DNA of 64,000 bases from Synergistaceae bacterium (lineage in GTDB: Bacteria; Synergistota; Synergistia; Synergistales; Aminobacteriaceae): positions 10,442 to 74,441 of the forward strand of contig JAFSJJ010000010.1 of the NCBI GenBank assembly GCA_017439345.1. The letters run 5' to 3'. Below are positions 17,167 to 25,524 of the stretch, piece by piece (the stretch's first letter is position 1; every line of letters begins with the position of its first letter). Under the pieces are notes generated by a model, which made no database searches, was not told where the DNA came from, and saw only the letters and a program-made list of their open reading frames with translations. The translations under genes and the position numbers were made by a program.

Positions 17167-17246
17167 GGCGTTAAGGCACAATAATAGCGTTGAGCAAAAT
17201 GTAAAATTATTCTGCATCCTTGTCAAGTTCTCCTTCATTAATGATT
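17167..17246. repeat. Direct repeat copy B of the promoter/leader element (single degenerate heptamer unit)
   Basis: GGCGTTAAGGCACAATAATAGCGTTGAGCAAAATGTAAAATTATTCTGCATCCTTGTCAAGTTCTCCTTCATTAATGATT aligns with copy A at 11971..12118. Confidence 0.8.
17198..17226 (-). promoter_or_regulatory. Sigma70-type promoter, TTGACA-17 nt-TACATT, facing the dynamin-like operon
   Basis: On the minus strand the -35 is at 17226..17221 and the -10 is at 17203..17198. This implies a leader of about 255 nt before ATG 16933. Confidence 0.5.
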
Positions 17247-17401
17247 AATAAATAATTTTCATTCAGTTTATTGAGTGATTATAACAAAAAATTTTTCTGC
17301 GTGAATGTTTTTATTTTTTCGTGAACGTTTATTAAAGCCCCTGTAAATTTGCTCTTACTTCTGAAATAATTATTATAGGATTTAATATTTAATCTGGAGG
17401 T

Positions 17402-18721
17402 ATGAGTCTTGTGTATAACTTGATCGTTTCCAAATTCGGCGGCAGTATAACGTGCAGTGCTGAGAAAATAAAACACTCTGTAGAAATCATCAGGTCAAAC
17501 CCTGCCCGGCGTTACATGATTGCTTCAGCTCCCGGAACAAATCCCCCTAATCATGGAATAACTGATTTGCTTTTCATGTCTCATTCGAGATTCTCAGACA
17601 ATAAAGATTATGAAGGACTGCTCGCGGAAATTGCAGATAGTTACAGAGCAATAATTGACGGTCTCGAGATAAATTTTGACATCGACTCTGAAATAGAGAA
17701 GCTGAGACAAGATTTGCTTGCAGGCCGTGAACTCGCTTATATAGGCAGCCGCGGCGAGTACATAATGGGTAAAATTCTAGCTGAGTTATTAGGCTGGACG
17801 TTTGTAGATGCAGCAGAGTTAATTTTCTTCAACGATGACGGTACGTTAAACGAGCCCAAGACATTTAGAACTGCAAACGAGAGACTCAAAAATATAGAAC
17901 ATGCAGTTATACCGGGTTTTTATGGCTCAATGCCTGACGGAAAAATTAAGACGTTCCCGCGCGGTGACGGCGATTCTTCAGGCGCTGTTATTGCCCGTGC
18001 AGTCAATGCAGATTTATTCGAGAAGTGGAGCGAAGTCAACAAAGTTTTTGCTATAGATACTGACGTGATTCCTGAGTCAAGACTCGTTAAATACATAACG
18101 TACAACGAGATTATAGAATTAAATTACATCAGGAAAACTATAATCCGTGACAGCGTTATATTCATGTTAAGAGAAGCAAATATCCCGATGAGAGTCAGCA
18201 GTATTTATGACGATGAAGGGACGTTGATAGGCTCAAGCATTCCAGAAGGCACAAGGAGCAGTACAGCAGCATGTATCAGCGGACGCAGAAATTTCAAGAT
18301 AATTCATATCGAGAAATATGGGCTTAACGAAATATTTGGGTTCGGTGAAAAATTGCTTGGAATATTCGCAAAGTACGGCGCAGCATGTGAACATTGTCTC
18401 TCAGGAGTTCATAAAATTGCTCTGGTAGTCAAAAATCCCATTTTCGACTTGAGATGCAATGCAATTATTGACGAGATAAAACGAGTCATCCAGCCTGATA
18501 CAATAAGACTCGATAAAGATTTATCACTCATTACAGTAATCGGCGAAGGCATGGGAACTGTCAGCGGCAAATTTGAGAAGATATTTCTTGCCCTGTGGAA
18601 GCCTAAAATCAACGTCAAAATGTTAGATCAGGGAGCGGACGACACTAATATAATTCTCGGAGTGTCTGATAAAGATTACGAGAACGCAATGAAGGCTTTA
18701 TATGACACGATTATAAAGTAA
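17402..18721 (+). CDS. lysC: Aspartate kinase
   Basis: 439 aa with IVSKFGGS at the N-terminus, an amino-acid kinase fold, and a C-terminal ACT-like pair (LITVIGEGM...). GGAGG lies just upstream of the ATG. Confidence 0.88.
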   Translation: MSLVYNLIVSKFGGSITCSAEKIKHSVEIIRSNPARRYMIASAPGTNPPNHGITDLLFMSHSRFSDNKDYEGLLAEIADSYRAIIDGLEINFDIDSEIEKLRQDLLAGRELAYIGSRGEYIMGKILAELLGWTFVDAAELIFFNDDGTLNEPKTFRTANERLKNIEHAVIPGFYGSMPDGKIKTFPRGDGDSSGAVIARAVNADLFEKWSEVNKVFAIDTDVIPESRLVKYITYNEIIELNYIRKTIIRDSVIFMLREANIPMRVSSIYDDEGTLIGSSIPEGTRSSTAACISGRRNFKIIHIEKYGLNEIFGFGEKLLGIFAKYGAACEHCLSGVHKIALVVKNPIFDLRCNAIIDEIKRVIQPDTIRLDKDLSLITVIGEGMGTVSGKFEKIFLALWKPKINVKMLDQGADDTNIILGVSDKDYENAMKALYDTIIK

Positions 18722-18956
18722 CGCTTTTATTATCATCATTATCATCATTGACTCAAGCCTCTGTGATTTTGATTTTCATGCTTTAATGAATTTCTTAATT
18801 CAGGAGGCATTTTTTATTTGCCTGTTAATGCGAAAGTTTTATTGAGTAGCTCTAACATAAAGTATTCATGCTAAAATTATTCATTCATATAATCATATAA
18901 TTAATAATTAAGTAGTACGCTACAAAAAATTTTGAGAGGAGAACAAATTCTTTCTT

Positions 18957-21578
18957 ATGTCAGACGAAAATTTAAACCAGCCTATTCAGCAAGAAATCAC
19001 AAACCCTGACGAGGCAGGAAGAATAATATCACTTCCACTAGTTGGAGAAATAAAGACAAGTTATCTTAATTACGCTATGAGTGTCATTGTCGGCAGAGCT
19101 TTACCTGATGCAAGAGACGGACTCAAACCTGTTCAGCGAAGAGTACTCTATGCAATGTCAGAACTTGGCCTGAAACATAACACAGCGTACAAGAAATCAG
19201 CTCGTATAGTCGGTGAAACTATGGGTAAGTATCACCCTCACGGAGACAGCGCAATCTATGACACCATGGTACGACTTGCTCAGAATTGGAACTTGAGATA
19301 CTGCCTTGTTGACGGTCAAGGAAATTTCGGCTCAGTCGACGGAGACAGCGCGGCGGCCATGCGTTACACTGAAGCGAGACTCAGCTGGCCGGGTGAAATA
19401 ATGTTAGCTAATCTCGACGAAGACACTGTTGACTGGGGACAAAACTTTGACGAGTCTCTCAAGGAACCTTTAACTCTGCCGTCTATACTGCCAAATCTTT
19501 TAGTCAACGGCTCAACGGGTATAGCTGTCGGAATGGCTACGAACATGCCCCCTCATAACTTGAATGAAGTTGCAGAAGTGTTATGCTGGCTCATTGAGAA
19601 TAATATAGAACCTGAAGACGCAGACTTACGCGAAATCATGAAGATTATGCCGGGCCCGGACTTCCCTACAGGAGGCGAAATCTTGGGACGTGCAGGAATT
19701 CACGAGGCTTACTCAACAGGACGAGGCAAGATAACTATTCGAGGCAAAATGCACGCTGAACAGTCAAAGCGGGGCAAGAACAGAATAATCATTACTGAGA
19801 TTCCGTTTAACGTGAATAAAACTATGCTGCTTGAAGCTATGGTCAGTGCTGTACAGGATAAGCAGATCGAAGGCATTACTGAAATCCGGGACGAGTCAGA
19901 CCGTGACGGCTTAAGAATAGTAGTCGAAATTGCAAGGGATATTGACTCGGACTTGATAATCAGACAGCTTTACAAACATACTCAGCTTCAGGCAACTTAC
20001 GGAGTTATTAATCTCGCTCTAGTTAATCAGCACCCCGAAATTTTGCCGATTAAAAATTTACTCAGCATTTATCTTAACTACAGGCGCGATGTTGTCAGAC
20101 GCAGAACTGAATTCAGGCTCAGGCAGGCTCAGGCAAGAGAGCATATCATCGAAGGCTTGAAGAAGGCTCTTGAGAATATCGAACAGGTAATAAAGATTAT
20201 TCGAGGCACTAATTCCGCAGGTGAAGCAAAAGAGAGCTTGCAGACTCAATTAGAGTTCTCGGACGTTCAGGCACAGGCAATACTTGATATGAGGCTCCAG
20301 AGACTCACAGGACTTGAACGCAATAGACTTGATGACGAACAAACTAAATTGCTTGGTGATATAGAGTCATATAATCACATTCTCAGCGACAAGAAGACTC
20401 TTGATAACGTTATTCGCGATGAACTCAGAGAGATTGCTTCACGCTTCGGAGACAAGAGACGAACTGAAATTATCGATAATTATGAAGAAGTCTCAGATGA
20501 AGACATGATTCAAGAGTCAGATATAGTGATTACCCTTTCACAAGATGGCTTCATTAAGCGTCAGCCGGTCGAGTTCTACAAGTTACAGGCCAAAGGAGGC
20601 AAGGGACGCAAGGGAGCTAACATTCAAGATGATGACAGCATTTCTCTTGTCAGCGTAACTCATACTCACAAGCATATTTACTTCTTTACGAATATGGGAC
20701 GAGTCATGACGGTCAAAGGCTACGAAATTCCAGAGACTAAATCAGGCAAAGGGAAACCCGTTAATAAAACTCTGCCGCTTTATGAGAATGAACGAATTGT
20801 CAATATCGCAAGTGATGACGACACAGGAAGCAAGTATTTATTCTTTATTACCAGATTGGGAATTGCGAAAAGAGTCAGCCTTGACGAAATGAAAGCCAGC
20901 AATAGACCTCGAAAAGCTATGAATATCGATGAAGGAGACGAGATCGCTCAAGTCAGACTCACTAACGGAGAAAATAATTTGCTTATCGTAACAGCTAAAG
21001 GCCAAGCCCTCAGGGTATCAGAACAGGAATTCAGGCAGATGGGCAGGACTGCACGAGGCGTTAAGGCTATAAATCTCAAGAACGGCGATAAAGTTTTGAG
21101 CTGCGATGTTGTCGATGATTCACGGACTATCTTATTAATCAGCGAACACGGTATAGGCAAACGCACAGATTTTGAAGCGTTCACTCCTCATCATAGAGCT
21201 ACGGCAGGAATCAAGATAATGAATCTCAATCACAGGACAGGAAAGCTCGCAGGCTGTTTATCAGTCAAAGATAATGACGAAATGTTAATAATCACGTCAA
21301 AAGGCATGATGATTAGACTTGAAACTAACAGCGTATCGAAATTATCACGAGTTGCAACAGGAACGATTATATTGCGTCTTAACGAAGGCGACACCGTTGC
21401 AGATTGCAGCCTCATCAAAGCACCTGAAGAGAGCAATGAACCTAAGTCAGAAAATTTGATTATGTTCAATGCCCCTGAAGACTTCAACGAGCAAGAGACT
21501 ATCACATTCAATGACTATGATTATGATAGTGATAACCAGGAGGACTCTGACAATGACAACGAAGATGAAAATAGCTAG
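18957..21578 (+). CDS. gyrA: DNA gyrase subunit A with an acidic C-terminal tail
   Basis: Has the [28 protein letters not shown] and HPHGD motifs and the active-site region [10 protein letters not shown]. The C-terminal beta-pinwheel is followed by [22 protein letters not shown]. Confidence 0.97.
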   Translation: MSDENLNQPIQQEITNPDEAGRIISLPLVGEIKTSYLNYAMSVIVGRALPDARDGLKPVQRRVLYAMSELGLKHNTAYKKSARIVGETMGKYHPHGDSAIYDTMVRLAQNWNLRYCLVDGQGNFGSVDGDSAAAMRYTEARLSWPGEIMLANLDEDTVDWGQNFDESLKEPLTLPSILPNLLVNGSTGIAVGMATNMPPHNLNEVAEVLCWLIENNIEPEDADLREIMKIMPGPDFPTGGEILGRAGIHEAYSTGRGKITIRGKMHAEQSKRGKNRIIITEIPFNVNKTMLLEAMVSAVQDKQIEGITEIRDESDRDGLRIVVEIARDIDSDLIIRQLYKHTQLQATYGVINLALVNQHPEILPIKNLLSIYLNYRRDVVRRRTEFRLRQAQAREHIIEGLKKALENIEQVIKIIRGTNSAGEAKESLQTQLEFSDVQAQAILDMRLQRLTGLERNRLDDEQTKLLGDIESYNHILSDKKTLDNVIRDELREIASRFGDKRRTEIIDNYEEVSDEDMIQESDIVITLSQDGFIKRQPVEFYKLQAKGGKGRKGANIQDDDSISLVSVTHTHKHIYFFTNMGRVMTVKGYEIPETKSGKGKPVNKTLPLYENERIVNIASDDDTGSKYLFFITRLGIAKRVSLDEMKASNRPRKAMNIDEGDEIAQVRLTNGENNLLIVTAKGQALRVSEQEFRQMGRTARGVKAINLKNGDKVLSCDVVDDSRTILLISEHGIGKRTDFEAFTPHHRATAGIKIMNLNHRTGKLAGCLSVKDNDEMLIITSKGMMIRLETNSVSKLSRVATGTIILRLNEGDTVADCSLIKAPEESNEPKSENLIMFNAPEDFNEQETITFNDYDYDSDNQEDSDNDNEDENS

Positions 21579-22185
21579 GGACGGTATAGCAATAATAACG
21601 TTCTTGATTCTATGCACAATAGCTTTTGCCTTTATCTCGATTATTCCTGCTGTAATAATGGGAGTTCTTGCAGTGTTCGTTATATGGTTCTTTCGAGACC
21701 CTGAGAGAAACGCAAATTATCAGGACGGATATTTTTTCTCACCAGCTGACGGCAACATCGTCGAAATCTCAGAGGCTGAACACCCATTCACAGGCCGGGC
21801 TCTCAAAGTCGGGATATTCATGAACGTTTTTAGTGTCCACGTTAATAGAGCTCCCTGCACAGGACGTGTTGATTATCTTGAATATATTCCAGGCAAGAAA
21901 ATTGCAGCGTTCTCACCTAAAGCAAGCGAAATAAATGAACGCAACATAGTAGGCTTGTCTACTCAGTGGGGACCGGTAATGATGACTCAGATAGCAGGGT
22001 TAATAGCGCGTCGAATAGTATGCAGATTAAGACGGGGCGACATTCTCGAAGCGGGGCAGCGTTACGGAATGATAAAGCTTGGCTCCCGTGTTGATTTATA
22101 TCTGCCTCGTGATACAGTATTGAAAGTTAATAAAGGCGACCGGGTCAAAGCCGGTATAACTTGTATAGGAGTGAAAGAAGAGTGA
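21553..22185 (+). CDS. psd: Phosphatidylserine decarboxylase proenzyme (short form)
   Basis: From ORF 21469..22185; start moved to ATG 21553 with GGAGGA 8 nt upstream. It has an N-terminal TM segment and the LGSRVD self-cleavage motif. It overlaps the end of gyrA. Confidence 0.85.
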   Translation: MTTKMKIARDGIAIITFLILCTIAFAFISIIPAVIMGVLAVFVIWFFRDPERNANYQDGYFFSPADGNIVEISEAEHPFTGRALKVGIFMNVFSVHVNRAPCTGRVDYLEYIPGKKIAAFSPKASEINERNIVGLSTQWGPVMMTQIAGLIARRIVCRLRRGDILEAGQRYGMIKLGSRVDLYLPRDTVLKVNKGDRVKAGITCIGVKEE

Positions 22186-22961
22186 ATTTAAGAATACGAA
22201 AATTTTTGCAGAGACGAAGGAAGCTCGGCAGAATAACTAAGAAACCCGTTGAGTTCAGGCAGTTAGCCCCTAACATGGTAACCAGCGGCAATTTATTATG
22301 CGGTATATTCTCGTTAATGCTGGTGTTACATGGTAGATTTATTCCTGCTGCATGGATGATATTCTTTGCTGTGATATTCGACGGCTTCGACGGCAAAGTT
22401 GCCAGGATGCTCGGAGGAGGCTCTCAATTTGGACTCGAGTTCGACAGCTTGGCAGATCTAGTCAGCTTCGGTGTAGCTCCGTCAATATTGCTTTATCAAG
22501 TTTTCGTGAAAGAGCTTTATCTCATCGGCGCAGTATCGTCATGCTTCTTTGCGTTGTGTGTAGCTTTGAGGCTTGCGAGATTTAATATAGTTCATGTTCC
22601 CGGACCGTTTCAGGGTCTGCCTTGTCCTGCAGGAGGGTTATTCGTGGCTTCGTTCATAATTGCGAAAATTAATCTGCCCTCGTGGGTTATGGCTCTAATT
22701 CTGGTATTAACGGGCTTCCTTATGATCTCGAGTATTCCATATGCTAACATGAAGAAATTAACTAAGAAGACTGCTGACAAGACTAAATTCTTTGCTTTGT
22801 TATCGCTTATTGCAGTATCGTTTATCTTCCTGAAGAGTGCTGCTCCGTTATTCTTGTTCGCGTTGTATATAATAAGCGGCTTGATTAAATTCGACTGGGG
22901 AAGCTGGTTATTGAGACCTGAAGCAAGAGATGAAGCTCTGAGTACTTCACATAAGAAATAA
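22182..22961 (+). CDS. pssA: CDP-diacylglycerol--serine O-phosphatidyltransferase
   Basis: Has the CDP-alcohol phosphatidyltransferase motif DGFDGKVARMLGGGSQFGLEFDSLAD. The likely start is GTG 22182, which overlaps the psd stop as GTGA. The ORF-track TTG 22161 is an alternative. Confidence 0.85.
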   Translation: MNLRIRKFLQRRRKLGRITKKPVEFRQLAPNMVTSGNLLCGIFSLMLVLHGRFIPAAWMIFFAVIFDGFDGKVARMLGGGSQFGLEFDSLADLVSFGVAPSILLYQVFVKELYLIGAVSSCFFALCVALRLARFNIVHVPGPFQGLPCPAGGLFVASFIIAKINLPSWVMALILVLTGFLMISSIPYANMKKLTKKTADKTKFFALLSLIAVSFIFLKSAAPLFLFALYIISGLIKFDWGSWLLRPEARDEALSTSHKK

Positions 22962-22985
22962 TATTATATTTACTCAAAAAAAATT

Positions 22986-23025
22986 GCAGGCTCGAGAGAA
23001 ATTTTAATCCCCCGAACCTGCTTTT
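22986..23025. terminator. Bidirectional hairpin terminator between pssA and the convergent STAS gene
   Basis: GCAGGCTCG - 18-nt loop - CGAACCTGC (one mismatch), flanked by A8 upstream and TTTTATT downstream. Confidence 0.5.
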
Positions 23026-23039
23026 ATTGTGTGTGTTAA

Positions 23040-23339
23040 TTACTGAACGTTGAGAATTTCATCAAATCCTGTTGTCTCAAAAATCTTCATGACTTCCGGT
23101 ACAGCGTTCTTGATTACCATAGTTCCCTGCTGTGAATTCATGTACTTCTGAGCCTTCAGTAAAACTCTTAGTCCTGCCGATGAGACATAAGCTAGCTTTG
23201 ACATATCAACAACAAAATTCTTTACGCCCTTGAGATTAGTGCTTAAATCCTTTTCGAGCTGGTCTGCCGTTACTGCACTCAGCTTCTTATCGAGCGTCAA
23301 TGTAAGGTCTTGGCCGTTATCTGACTTGTCGAATATCAT
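23040..23339 (-). CDS. STAS-domain protein (SpoIIAA/RsbV-like anti-sigma-factor antagonist fold), 99 aa
   Basis: Contains DMSKLAYVSSAGLRVLLKAQK, with the conserved Ser-containing loop, and a C-terminal FETTGFDEILNV. Confidence 0.85.
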   Translation of the reverse strand: MIFDKSDNGQDLTLTLDKKLSAVTADQLEKDLSTNLKGVKNFVVDMSKLAYVSSAGLRVLLKAQKYMNSQQGTMVIKNAVPEVMKIFETTGFDEILNVQ

Positions 23340-23363
23340 ATTATGCCTCCTGCTTAATCACTC

Positions 23364-23657
23364 TTACTCAATGTTGAGCAGTTCATCGAAGCCCGTAACT
23401 TCGAATATTTCCCGTATCTCCTGACTTATATTCTTGACCGTCATGCTGCCCTGCTTGTTCATGATTTTCTGAGCCTTAAGTAAAACTCTCAATCCTGCTG
23501 ATGAGATATAAACAAGTTTGCTCATGTCCATAACTAGAGCTTTTACGCCCGCAAGTCCGCCGAGTTCAGCCTCAAGTTCAGGAGCTGTCGTGGTGTCAAG
23601 TCTGCCGTCAAGTGAAATTGTTAATTCGTCTCCGTTAGTTGTTTTGTTGATTAACAT
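23364..23657 (-). CDS. STAS-domain protein, 97 aa (tandem paralog)
   Basis: Contains DMSKLVYISSAGLRVLLKAQK and FEVTGFDELLNI. It is a clear paralog of 23040..23339. Confidence 0.85.
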   Translation of the reverse strand: MLINKTTNGDELTISLDGRLDTTTAPELEAELGGLAGVKALVMDMSKLVYISSAGLRVLLKAQKIMNKQGSMTVKNISQEIREIFEVTGFDELLNIE

Positions 23658-23661
23658 GTTT

Positions 23662-25524
23662 TTATTTGCCTCCAGATTTTAATAATTTTATTTTGTTAGC
23701 TGCGTCTGCTTTTAGACCCTTGAGATCTATTTTGCCGCTCCCAAGTACCGGAAGTTTATTATACACAATAAAGTATGAAGGTATCTTAAACTTCGATAAA
23801 TGTTTTGCTAATTCAGAACGTATGAATTTCTCATCGAATTTAGCTCCGTCCTTAAGCGTTATACATGCACAGACCTCTTCACCGAAAAATTCACTGGGAA
23901 CTCCGACAACTTTCACTTCTGAGATAATATCACTAAGTAAAGTTATTGCATTCTCAACTTCAATCGGAGTGATGTTCTCGCCGCCCCTGATGATTAACTC
24001 TTTCAATCTGCCTGATAATCTCAAGTAGCCGTCAGCGTCAATCATGCCTAAGTCTCCTGTGTGAAGCCAGCCTTCTGCGTCAATTGACTGGTCATCAATC
24101 GGAACTTTGTAATAGCCGAGCATTAAATTGCTGCCCTGAACGAGAATTTCTCCCTGCTGATTTATATCACAGTCTTGATTTGTCTCGATATTGCGTATCT
24201 TGATTTCGAGTATCCCGAACGGAAGCCCTACAGTGTGCAGAATATGATCTTGACTGTCATCTGCCTTAGTGAGTGAAACCGGAGCCATCTCGCTTAGTCC
24301 GTATGCTGACATGAAATGATTTGCGGGCATATTCTTCTGGAACATCTCAATCTGAGCCGGTGTTGCTGCTGCTGCTGATATTATCGTTCGTCTTAAGCTG
24401 GCGGCTTTATCAGGAGTGAAATTCTTGTTATTCACAAGAGCTATTAACATCGCCGGAACTGAGTGAAATATCGTGCATTGATGCTTCGAGATAAGCTCTA
24501 ATATCGTATCAGTTCTTATATTCTCAGGGAAATAAACGCTTGAATTCACGATCAAACTTGATAATAAATTCGCTACAAGTCCGAATATGTGAAATAACGG
24601 AGCAATTATGCAGCTTCTATCGCTTTCAGTTATGTTCATGCGCTTTGTGTTCTCAACTGAAGCGTTCATCAAGTTAAAATACGAGAGCAATACACCTTTG
24701 GGACGGCCTGATGAACCTGACGTAAATATTACAACTGCAGGATCGTCAGCTTCAAAGTCGTGCTGGTATTTATCTTTGATTGCGTCATATTCGCCGATAC
24801 GGGACTTGTAATTAATATCTTTCGCAAATGAGTACGTCTTAACGCCTTCAAGAGCAATATTTTTCTCGACTGCCTCGCCTATGCATAGATAATCAGTGTC
24901 AGAGATTTTCATAAACATAGACAATTCGCTTGCATTGAGATTAAAGTTTAACAACACTGCGATTGCCCCTAATTTCTGAAGTGCAAAGAACGTTAATACC
25001 CAGTTTGCAGAGTTTGCCCCGAGTATGCCTACATGAGAGCCTTTGTGAATTCCCAGCTTGCTTAAGTCATCGGCTATAACGTGAGAACATTGTTCTATTT
25101 CCTGCCAAGTATAAGAGTCAATTGCATCAAATAAAATTTTCCTGTATCCTGACTCATAAACGCTCTTAGCAAGAAATTTCTTGAAGTTAAAGTGTATCAG
25201 CTCGTCTAGCTTGCTCTCTGAATCATGCTTGATTAATTCAACGTTCAAAATCTGGTCAAAGCCGGTAGTCTCGAATATATCAAAGACTTCTTGAGTAACG
25301 TTTATAATCTTGAATTTATCCTTGAATCTCTTGGCACAGATTAATAATTCTCTAAGTCCGCTCGATGAGATATAAGGCACGTCCTTTAAGTCAAATATCA
25401 AAGCGTCTGCATCATCAGGGATTTTTGCAGCATTAAGCCTCAATTCAGGAGAACTAGCCGTATCTATTCTGCCGGAAAGTTTGGCCAGAAAGTTTTTGTT
25501 ATCCTGCTGAACCTGAAACTGCAT
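23662..25524 (-). CDS. N-terminal STAS domain fused to an ANL-superfamily acyl-AMP/CoA ligase
   Basis: Residues 1-~100 form a STAS domain (DLKDVPYISSSGLRELL, FETTGFDQILNV). These are followed by the AMP-binding motifs IFTSGSSGRPKGV, YGLSE, HTGDLG, IIRGGENI and GSGKIDLKGLK. Confidence 0.85.
   Translation of the reverse strand: MQFQVQQDNKNFLAKLSGRIDTASSPELRLNAAKIPDDADALIFDLKDVPYISSSGLRELLICAKRFKDKFKIINVTQEVFDIFETTGFDQILNVELIKHDSESKLDELIHFNFKKFLAKSVYESGYRKILFDAIDSYTWQEIEQCSHVIADDLSKLGIHKGSHVGILGANSANWVLTFFALQKLGAIAVLLNFNLNASELSMFMKISDTDYLCIGEAVEKNIALEGVKTYSFAKDINYKSRIGEYDAIKDKYQHDFEADDPAVVIFTSGSSGRPKGVLLSYFNLMNASVENTKRMNITESDRSCIIAPLFHIFGLVANLLSSLIVNSSVYFPENIRTDTILELISKHQCTIFHSVPAMLIALVNNKNFTPDKAASLRRTIISAAAATPAQIEMFQKNMPANHFMSAYGLSEMAPVSLTKADDSQDHILHTVGLPFGILEIKIRNIETNQDCDINQQGEILVQGSNLMLGYYKVPIDDQSIDAEGWLHTGDLGMIDADGYLRLSGRLKELIIRGGENITPIEVENAITLLSDIISEVKVVGVPSEFFGEEVCACITLKDGAKFDEKFIRSELAKHLSKFKIPSYFIVYNKLPVLGSGKIDLKGLKADAANKIKLLKSGGK

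Noticed and set aside
10949-17260. Prophage, ICE or transposon as the explanation for the variable folP-lysC locus.
   Set aside because: The interval has no integrase, transposase, tRNA, terminal inverted repeats or phage structural genes. The direct repeats are homologous flanks (gene tail and promoter), not att or IR sequences.
17279-17476. A 65-aa minus-strand ORF overlapping the lysC start.
   Set aside because: It lies in AT-rich promoter DNA, overlaps the well-supported lysC start and RBS, and has no motif. It is most likely spurious.
18719-18751. An in-frame Tyr/His-rich extension after the lysC stop (TAA RFYYHHYHH TGA), as a possible read-through signal.
   Set aside because: It is only 9 codons with no known read-through context. 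The ATCATCATT repeats are low-complexity sequence, also seen elsewhere as GAT-run complements.
18821-18871. Possible third partial copy of the promoter-distal part of the repeat element. CCTGTTAAT...AACATAAAGTATTCATGC matches 12105-12152, and TTTATTGAGT matches 17267-17276.
   Set aside because: The matches are short (9, 18 and 10 nt), gapped differently, and sit in AT-rich intergenic DNA. By rough expectation, a few such 17/18 matches can occur by chance in 64 kb. It would need a genome-wide repeat search before any claim.
21469-21552. The long N-terminal extension of the psd ORF ([28 protein letters not shown]), and similarly the MMIMIIIMTMTTKEMMTMM extension of the OMF ORF at 42893-42949.
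   Set aside because: Both are out-of-frame readings of the GAT/GAC-rich acidic-tail coding regions of the upstream genes. Better starts with an RBS or signal peptide lie downstream.
22145-22585. An 83-aa minus-strand ORF and a 77-aa + strand ORF overlapping pssA.
   Set aside because: Both are nested in, or antisense to, the motif-supported pssA CDS and have no independent support.
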